Virus record (IMG/VR): IMGVR_UViG_3300025126_000736
Length of the DNA stretch: 64,000 nt
Source of the DNA: an uncultured virus (IMG/VR IMGVR_UViG_3300025126_000736)
Lineage: Duplodnaviria > Heunggongvirae > Uroviricota > Caudoviricetes
Direction: 5' to 3' (one strand)
The notes below the pieces were generated by a model that searched no databases, had not been told where the DNA came from, and worked only from the letters and a program-made list of their open reading frames with translations. Of this stretch, positions 58,099 through 64,000 are shown piece after piece (positions within the stretch are counted from its first letter, which is position 1; each line of letters begins with the position of its first letter). The position numbers were made by a program, and so were the translations under genes.

Positions 58099-59376
58099 TT
58101 ATTTTAAAAATTGTATTTGATTGTATTTTTTTATTAAATCTAAATTTTGAATAAACAACTCTTTTGTTTGTTCGCTTGAATCCTTATGATATTTATCAAA
58201 TAAAGATTCCGCATGGGCAATTGTATCATCAATTTTCGTTTTCCATTGTTTATTAATACTTTCTGGATAACTAAGCATAAGTGGAGAATTACAAATAATA
58301 AGGTATTCTTCATTAGGGATAGCAATGTAATCAATGAGATGAAGATAATCAACACCAATGATATTGCCTAGATTATAAAGTGAGTCATTGTGCCATACGT
58401 AATCACTATTTGATAGGAGTTGATACTCTGTAAACAAAAGCTCATGTGGTTGGATGCGTTTATTAGCGTCCATTATATTGTGTTCTTCAAATAAATAATG
58501 TTTTAAAGATACTAGTTCAGCAGTGATAGTGAAAAAATCATTAAATTCTGGAACATTATTCTGTAAATTAGATAAATCAATATATGAATGATGTTCTAAT
58601 TCTGATATTGTTTGATTGTAGCGTTCAATAAAATCTTTTGTTGAGAAGTCAATAAGCCCATCAGTATTAAGTTCTTCATCCGTAAAGTCCATTGTATTAA
58701 TGTTATATATTTTAATATTATCTTCAACTAATGTAATGATAAGTTTATTTTGGTTATTATCTTGAATGCACAAATTATCATTAATAACAGTAAATAAATT
58801 GCGTTCTGAAAGATCTTCCTTGGTATCTTCGCTTTGTAAAATAGGATTTTCTTTATACGTGTTAAATAAATCCTTAATCATGAAGGTTGTAGTTTGAATA
58901 ATTGAATTAAATTCTTTATTATAGAGGTCAATCATAATTTTAGAATCAGCTTCAGGCAATAAAGAACAAAAATTATAGAAATCAGTTTTATTAAAAGAAG
59001 AAAATGATGTAAATCGATTATAACGACTGCAAAGATAATCAATTTTATTTAATGAGTTTAAGCTTTTTTTTACGGTTATCGCTTCAATTGGTTCACTATC
59101 GAAAATGGGAAATGTGAAAGGGGTTTGGAAAACAACTTCTTCATAAAGGTATGTTAATATTGATTCTTTGCTATGAATTCCCTTAACAAAAGAAATAGAC
59201 ATATCCTCAATAAGATTTAAAATAAGAGAGTATTCTTTATTGTTAATAAAAAAGTGTGCAATATTAAATCGTGTTCCTGTGATAATAGAAGTGTGATTAT
59301 TTAAGATGTAATTAAGCAATCTTTCTTGATTTTTTTTAAAATAAACCGAAGGTGATAATATTAAATTATTAATCAT
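58099..59376 (-). CDS. hypothetical protein
   Basis: 425-aa ORF with TTGACT promoter. Confidence 0.7.
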   Translation of the reverse strand: MINNLILSPSVYFKKNQERLLNYILNNHTSIITGTRFNIAHFFINNKEYSLILNLIEDMSISFVKGIHSKESILTYLYEEVVFQTPFTFPIFDSEPIEAITVKKSLNSLNKIDYLCSRYNRFTSFSSFNKTDFYNFCSLLPEADSKIMIDLYNKEFNSIIQTTTFMIKDLFNTYKENPILQSEDTKEDLSERNLFTVINDNLCIQDNNQNKLIITLVEDNIKIYNINTMDFTDEELNTDGLIDFSTKDFIERYNQTISELEHHSYIDLSNLQNNVPEFNDFFTITAELVSLKHYLFEEHNIMDANKRIQPHELLFTEYQLLSNSDYVWHNDSLYNLGNIIGVDYLHLIDYIAIPNEEYLIICNSPLMLSYPESINKQWKTKIDDTIAHAESLFDKYHKDSSEQTKELFIQNLDLIKKYNQIQFLK

Positions 59377-59449
59377 AAATGTAAGCCTTATATATTTTTA
59401 TATGAAATATTATTTTAGCAAAAATAAGTTAAAAAGTCAAATAATAAGC

Positions 59450-59502
59450 TTACGTGCAGAAAAGTGTAAAGAACTAGAGAAGTTACGCGCAGAAAAGTGT
59501 AA
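59450..59502. repeat. 20-bp direct repeat TTACG(T/C)GCAGAAAAGTGTAA x2
   Basis: Copies at 59450..59469 and 59483..59502, 33-bp spacing. Confidence 0.8.
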
Positions 59503-59514
59503 TTATACTAAAAG

Positions 59515-60438
59515 TTGTTATTGTTTTGCAAGTGTGCTATATTATATCACTATCTTACGAGATACTTAGCAATTCTAATGACTGGAGTAAATATTATGAC
59601 ACCTGTAGCCTTGAGATTACCATATAACTGCCTTCCTGAATTTTTTGAGATAATTAATGCTTATGGAGCGTATATCAGAGAGCGAGATTTTGTGAAAAAG
59701 GAGAATAAACAAAATAAGATTTCAACAGTATTAAGCCAAGAATTATCACTATATTTATATGATCGTTATGAAAAATATGCAAGTAACACTATTACTGAAA
59801 GCACAAAGTTAGATATTGAAGCTAAAATCAAAACTATTTTGGAAGATGAGAAGAGTGTTAGGGTAAAAAATCTTATTTCTACTCAAAAATATTATAAAAA
59901 ATTAAAGCATAAATTTAAAGAGAATTATCCATCTTTAGATGAGATATTTGACTTAGAACTAAGTAACCATCAGTCTTATATGGAAAATAAAAAACGAGTT
60001 GCCTATCATAAGCATAATGAAATCCTTGCATTGTCTTCTAGATTTATTGCATTTTTTAATTATCATTTTGATGGAGGTAAAGCGCAGCGTATAGCTTATA
60101 AAGCATTTGCAAATAATATCCTTAATCGTACAGATTATTTAGGTCTTAGTAATGTTGAAATCCAATCATTGCATGATAACTTGGGGACATGGAAGAACTA
60201 TGCCAATAACTATAAATTAACTTTATCTGAAATTGAGTTACTGGCGAAAGCGTTAAAGATATTTGTTGACTCCATTAATGAAGGTGATACTCAGAATATT
60301 GAACGATATATTATTAATGTTGACGATGGAAATATTTCTCTCGAAAATAAGAAGGAAATAGCGTTAAGTATTATAGTTAAAAACATTGAGAGATTTACTG
60401 AGTTACTTTCAGTTTATGAGAAAGTGTCTAATAAGTAA
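59515..60438 (+). CDS. hypothetical protein (true start probably 59596)
   Basis: 307-aa track ORF; GGAG before MTPVAL; terminator downstream. Confidence 0.65.
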   Translation: MLLFCKCAILYHYLTRYLAILMTGVNIMTPVALRLPYNCLPEFFEIINAYGAYIRERDFVKKENKQNKISTVLSQELSLYLYDRYEKYASNTITESTKLDIEAKIKTILEDEKSVRVKNLISTQKYYKKLKHKFKENYPSLDEIFDLELSNHQSYMENKKRVAYHKHNEILALSSRFIAFFNYHFDGGKAQRIAYKAFANNILNRTDYLGLSNVEIQSLHDNLGTWKNYANNYKLTLSEIELLAKALKIFVDSINEGDTQNIERYIINVDDGNISLENKKEIALSIIVKNIERFTELLSVYEKVSNK

Positions 60439-60455
60439 GTTTTGTAAATAGTTGT

Positions 60456-60485
60456 AAAAAAAGAGTGCAATATTGCACTCTTTTT
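60456..60485. terminator. bidirectional intrinsic terminator
   Basis: AAAAAAGAGTGCAAT/ATTGCACTCTTTTT palindrome. Confidence 0.75.
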
Positions 60486-60598
60486 CTTATAAATTATTTA
60501 ATTTAAATTTTTATCAGAAAATTATCTTCTGGAGTAACGTTTGTAGGTAATGTAATTAGCTCACTTATATTGGAAAATATAACTAAAATAAAGTGTAA

Positions 60599-61081
60599 TT
60601 ATGCCAGAATATAGTCATCTAAAATCGATTTATCAAGAATAGGTAGCTCTATACAATGTTTTCCTTTGTTAAATAATGGATCGTCTTGGTTTATAAAACC
60701 TTTATCATCTATTAAAAAATTATCATTATAGTTATTATCAGGAGTAAATGTATTATCTTGGTTGTAAAGGTATATGGTTAGTGTATCGTATGTAAAATCT
60801 ACTACAATACCTTTGCCATATTTTGTATTAAGTAACTTACCAATATGGAAAGAAGAATTTTTAAATTTAAAAGGTGTATCAATGATAGTAAATTCTTTAG
60901 AATACTCTTGCGTATAATGTTCGCAATTAATATCACCGTAAAAAGAGGTAGATTTAAACCATACAGTAATGTAATCCGCAGTCTCAGAGTATTGAGATTC
61001 AACTACAACACCTGAATGTAATTCTTTTTTGTTTTTGCGGATAAGTAGTCTTGTGCCGATTTCCATTATTTTGTTACTCAA
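60599..61081 (-). CDS. hypothetical protein
   Basis: 160-aa ORF. Confidence 0.55.
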   Translation of the reverse strand: MSNKIMEIGTRLLIRKNKKELHSGVVVESQYSETADYITVWFKSTSFYGDINCEHYTQEYSKEFTIIDTPFKFKNSSFHIGKLLNTKYGKGIVVDFTYDTLTIYLYNQDNTFTPDNNYNDNFLIDDKGFINQDDPLFNKGKHCIELPILDKSILDDYILA

Positions 61082-61086
61082 GAGAT

Positions 61087-61407
61087 TTAATGACTATCTT
61101 TGTAATAAACATGATATAAGTCATTAGGTAGGCTACCTGACCATATAGCTGCTGAAACTACATCTTTAATGTAAAAGTAATATTGCTTTCCAAAAACAAT
61201 ACTTTTTGACATCAATTCTTCACGACTAAATAAAAAATCAACTTCAACAACAGAAAAAATATCAGATTGACTAACGCAATCAAAAGGTTTATCGGCCATT
61301 AAATAACAATCAGCCATCAAAGAATCAGATAGATATTCCTTTAACCATATTTTTAATGATTCACCATCGATACAAGGAGGTGTGTCAATCTGTATTATTG
61401 TTTGCAA
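61087..61407 (-). CDS. hypothetical protein
   Basis: 3' part of track ORF 61087..61653; AAGG RBS and TTG at 61407 with own promoter. Confidence 0.55.
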   Translation of the reverse strand: MQTIIQIDTPPCIDGESLKIWLKEYLSDSLMADCYLMADKPFDCVSQSDIFSVVEVDFLFSREELMSKSIVFGKQYYFYIKDVVSAAIWSGSLPNDLYHVYYKDSH

Positions 61408-61492
61408 AAATTTTCGCCTTATTTGATAAAAAGTATTGTAAATTATACTATTAATTGGTATATAAGTCAATTTTATTAATATTATTTCTGTT

Positions 61493-62047
61493 TTAAAAAT
61501 GACCAATTTTAACACTAATATTATATTGTTCAACCTTTTTAATAATATTGTCAATATCTTTATTGTTAATAATATTAATGGAATCAGTTGAAATTCCATG
61601 TTCAAATAAGAATTTAGTGACATGAAGTTGGTTATAATTGTAAGATAATACAATAGGATGGTTTTCTGGATCTAATTTTTTATTAATGAAAGGTAGTGCA
61701 GGTATAATAAAATTAATGTAGCCAAATTCACAAGCTCCAACATAACATTTGAAAAATGACAATAAATAAGGAGTTTTTATTAAATTGTGTCTTTTTAGCA
61801 TTATTTGAAAAAACTCTGGTTCTTCAATTTCAATTTTTTTTAGATAAAATAAATGAAATAATTCTCCTGAATCAAAACAGTTTTCTTCTAAAAAAGAAAA
61901 AATTAATCCAACAAGATCAGGATCAGTAATTTTTTTATGATTTTCTATAATGGTTTTTTGAAATAAAGAGTCATCAATATTGTTAGTTTGATGGTCTAGG
62001 TATTTTTGTATATAAGATCTTAGATCCCTATCAAGAGTGATTTCCAA
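61493..62047 (-). CDS. degenerate ankyrin-repeat protein
   Basis: ACEFGYINFI, PIVLSYNYNQLHVTKFLFEHG; ends SVKIGHF*. Confidence 0.65.
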   Translation of the reverse strand: MEITLDRDLRSYIQKYLDHQTNNIDDSLFQKTIIENHKKITDPDLVGLIFSFLEENCFDSGELFHLFYLKKIEIEEPEFFQIMLKRHNLIKTPYLLSFFKCYVGACEFGYINFIIPALPFINKKLDPENHPIVLSYNYNQLHVTKFLFEHGISTDSINIINNKDIDNIIKKVEQYNISVKIGHF

Positions 62048-62061
62048 TTAAGCATTCCTTT

Positions 62062-62658
62062 TTAAAATGTAGATAATTTTTGATTAATATTATATTTATA
62101 AATACTTGATAATATCATTTCTTTATGCACTAGTCCATTATTTTTATTAAAAACATTTAAAAATGCAGGTTGCGAAAGTAAGTAGGATGTTATATTTAAA
62201 TGATTAGAATGGAATGATAGAGATACAGGATCAATTTCAGTAGAGATAATGTCAAAATTGTAATCGCACATATATCGAACAATATCGATGCGACCATATG
62301 TGCAGGCAGTATGAAAATAATATTCCAATGCTGTTTCAAGTTCGAAATTATCAAAAAAAATAATATTTTCAGATTTTTTTAATATAATTCTTGTTATGTC
62401 TAAATTGCCTTCTTTAATGCAGTTTAAAATAAAACTTTTATCCAACAATAGTCGTTCAGGACTCAATGAAGTTAATATATGACAGCAAATTATAAAAGAG
62501 TCTTTATATTTTATTGTTTTATTATTTTTAATAAGCCAATTTAAAAAATCCATAATTTCTTCTTTTTTGGAGTGACAACCAACAATATACATTAAATGAT
62601 TTTCAATATTTGCTTTTAAAAAGCAACTTGTGCTAAAGTTATTGTTTGTATAAGGCAT
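62062..62658 (-). CDS. ankyrin-repeat protein
   Basis: CIKEGNLDIT, ACTYGRIDIVRYM, SFHSNHLNITSYLL; ends NQKLSTF*. Confidence 0.7.
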   Translation of the reverse strand: MPYTNNNFSTSCFLKANIENHLMYIVGCHSKKEEIMDFLNWLIKNNKTIKYKDSFIICCHILTSLSPERLLLDKSFILNCIKEGNLDITRIILKKSENIIFFDNFELETALEYYFHTACTYGRIDIVRYMCDYNFDIISTEIDPVSLSFHSNHLNITSYLLSQPAFLNVFNKNNGLVHKEMILSSIYKYNINQKLSTF

Positions 62659-62672
62659 ATTTAATTCCTTTG

Positions 62673-63311
62673 TTAAAAATCATGTAATTTATTTTGAATG
62701 TCATACTGTTTTATTTTTAAAAGAACATTATTTTTATCAGGAATATTTAATTTTAAAAATAATTGAAATATTTTTTCTTTTTTTATTAAAAATGAGGCAA
62801 TATGTGGTTGCTGATGATCAAATGCTCTGGATATTTGATTTACGTGAATACTTGTTGTTTCTTTATACGTGTTGTAAATAAAATCAACAATACTAATGTG
62901 ACCAAATCTACAGGCCGTGACAAAATAATGATTAACCCTAGTATGTTTATTAAAAACGTCAAGGAATCCTTTTTCATTTTCGTATTTTTCAAATATTAAG
63001 ATAACAATATTTAATTCACCAATCTCGATATATGTGTCAAGAAACCCAGTAGATAATTTAGAAGGAGAAATATTGCTAGATGAGAGAATTTTGTGACATA
63101 TATCGTAGCTTTTTTTATATTTAATTCTATTATGGTTTTTAGAGAGCCACTCTAAAAAAAAGACTTGCTCATCACTACTCAATCCATTATTAAGAAAGCA
63201 TTTAAGGTGGGTTTCAATATTTTTCTTTGAAAAACTTTTTGCATTAAATGGAAGTTCTAATTTTAATTCATCCGTTGTATACCTCATATAATCTAATCCT
63301 AAACTTAACAA
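62673..63311 (-). CDS. ankyrin-repeat protein
   Basis: ACRFGHISIVDFI, AFDHQQPHIASFLI; ends QNKLHDF*. Confidence 0.7.
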   Translation of the reverse strand: MLSLGLDYMRYTTDELKLELPFNAKSFSKKNIETHLKCFLNNGLSSDEQVFFLEWLSKNHNRIKYKKSYDICHKILSSSNISPSKLSTGFLDTYIEIGELNIVILIFEKYENEKGFLDVFNKHTRVNHYFVTACRFGHISIVDFIYNTYKETTSIHVNQISRAFDHQQPHIASFLIKKEKIFQLFLKLNIPDKNNVLLKIKQYDIQNKLHDF

Positions 63312-63646
63312 TACGTTGAAGCAACACGAACTTTTTTTATTTCAGTTTCGTCAGTGATGACTACAACAGGTTTACCATTAAATTCCCTAAGATCAAAATC
63401 TAACCGTAATTCAGGGGAGTCAGCAAAATAACCAGCACTATTGACAGTATAAAGAAATTTAGGAATTTCATTATCTTTATGGAACAATCCAATATTATTA
63501 ATTGAAAAATAGGCGTTTTCAACGGAAACAATATCCTTGACTCTCAAAACAACATTGGAAATAAAAGAAAATGTTAATCCACTAAAAGGAGTCCCTTTAG
63601 CAGAAATATTGGGTGTCATTACCTTATTTATATTACTTTTGGTCAT
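63305..63646 (-). CDS. hypothetical protein
   Basis: AAGGA RBS, 113 aa. Confidence 0.55.
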   Translation of the reverse strand: MTKSNINKVMTPNISAKGTPFSGLTFSFISNVVLRVKDIVSVENAYFSINNIGLFHKDNEIPKFLYTVNSAGYFADSPELRLDFDLREFNGKPVVVITDETEIKKVRVASTYC

Positions 63647-63762
63647 TTAAAATCCTTAGTGTTAGTAATTAATAGCATCTTATTATATAGGTACTTTAAG
63701 TTAAAGTCAAAAATAAGTTTTATCGGAACGACAGCCTTCTTTAATTGTGAATATATTTGATG

Positions 63763-64000
63763 TTAAAATTCTTGTATTTTTTTAGACAAATCTAATAAAT
63801 TAATTGCTGTAGTAATATCTTTTTTATATTGAAAAAATTTATTATAAAATAAATCTTGTGTAACTTTGTATTGTAAAAGAAGTTGACAAATATTTATATG
63901 GTTATTTAAAAACGCAGTTGATAATGGATTGTCATCAATGCGGAATTGAGTAATTTTTTTGCTTTCCATTAGCACTCTAACAATATCGATATGCCCATTT
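63763..64000 (-). CDS. ankyrin-repeat protein, 5' end outside the window
   Basis: Frame continues upstream of the track start (GHIDIVRVLMES...PLSTAFLNNHINICQLLL); ends SKKIQEF*. Confidence 0.65.
   Translation of the reverse strand, partial: NGHIDIVRVLMESKKITQFRIDDNPLSTAFLNNHINICQLLLQYKVTQDLFYNKFFQYKKDITTAINLLDLSKKIQEF

Noticed and set aside
59450..60440. Integron cassette or dif-module interpretation of the 59515..60438 gene
   Set aside because: No proper GTTRRRY/RYYYAAC attC pair or XerC/XerD consensus found.
744..62999. Numerous short ORFs overlapping longer genes on the opposite strand or in another frame (e.g. 744, 1609, 7995, 11577, 19818, 34554, 41778, 42153, 45468, 53106, 54704, 57899, 62802)
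   Set aside because: Shadow ORFs of AT-rich coding sequence, with no RBS or recognisable motifs.
1..64000. tRNA, rRNA, virion structural or conjugation genes
   Set aside because: None recognisable by eye, so phage versus megaplasmid cannot be settled from this window.

Overview
This very AT-rich window looks like the accessory region of a large mobile element (jumbo phage or megaplasmid). The host is probably a marine gammaproteobacterium, inferred from a DUF3718-like gene and Shewanella-like Cas7fv/Cas5fv; no virion or conjugation genes lie here to decide between phage and plasmid. It is mostly short hypothetical genes on both strands, with sigma70-type promoters and intrinsic terminators, and many tandem paralogs, including five secreted RCC1-repeat proteins and several ankyrin-like proteins. 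Recognisable cargo includes TrpRS, an HPF/RaiA ribosome-hibernation factor, a nucleotidyltransferase, HD and kinase proteins and an HNH nuclease. The highlights are: (1) an interference-only type I-Fv (I-F2) CRISPR-Cas locus (cas3 without a Cas2 domain, cas7fv, cas5fv, a non-Cas6f-looking cas6, no cas1) with an atypical 27-nt repeat and mostly 33-nt spacers; (2) a 511-bp gene-carrying insert in a spacer position of that array; (3) an intact IscB-omegaRNA element; (4) a second, orphan omegaRNA whose IscB is reduced to about 11 codons fused in frame to an ankyrin-repeat gene; and (5) a C-terminal motif [hydrophobic]-x-x-K-[hydrophobic]-x-x-F-stop shared by about 12 proteins from several unrelated families. 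All family calls are by motif recognition, not database search.
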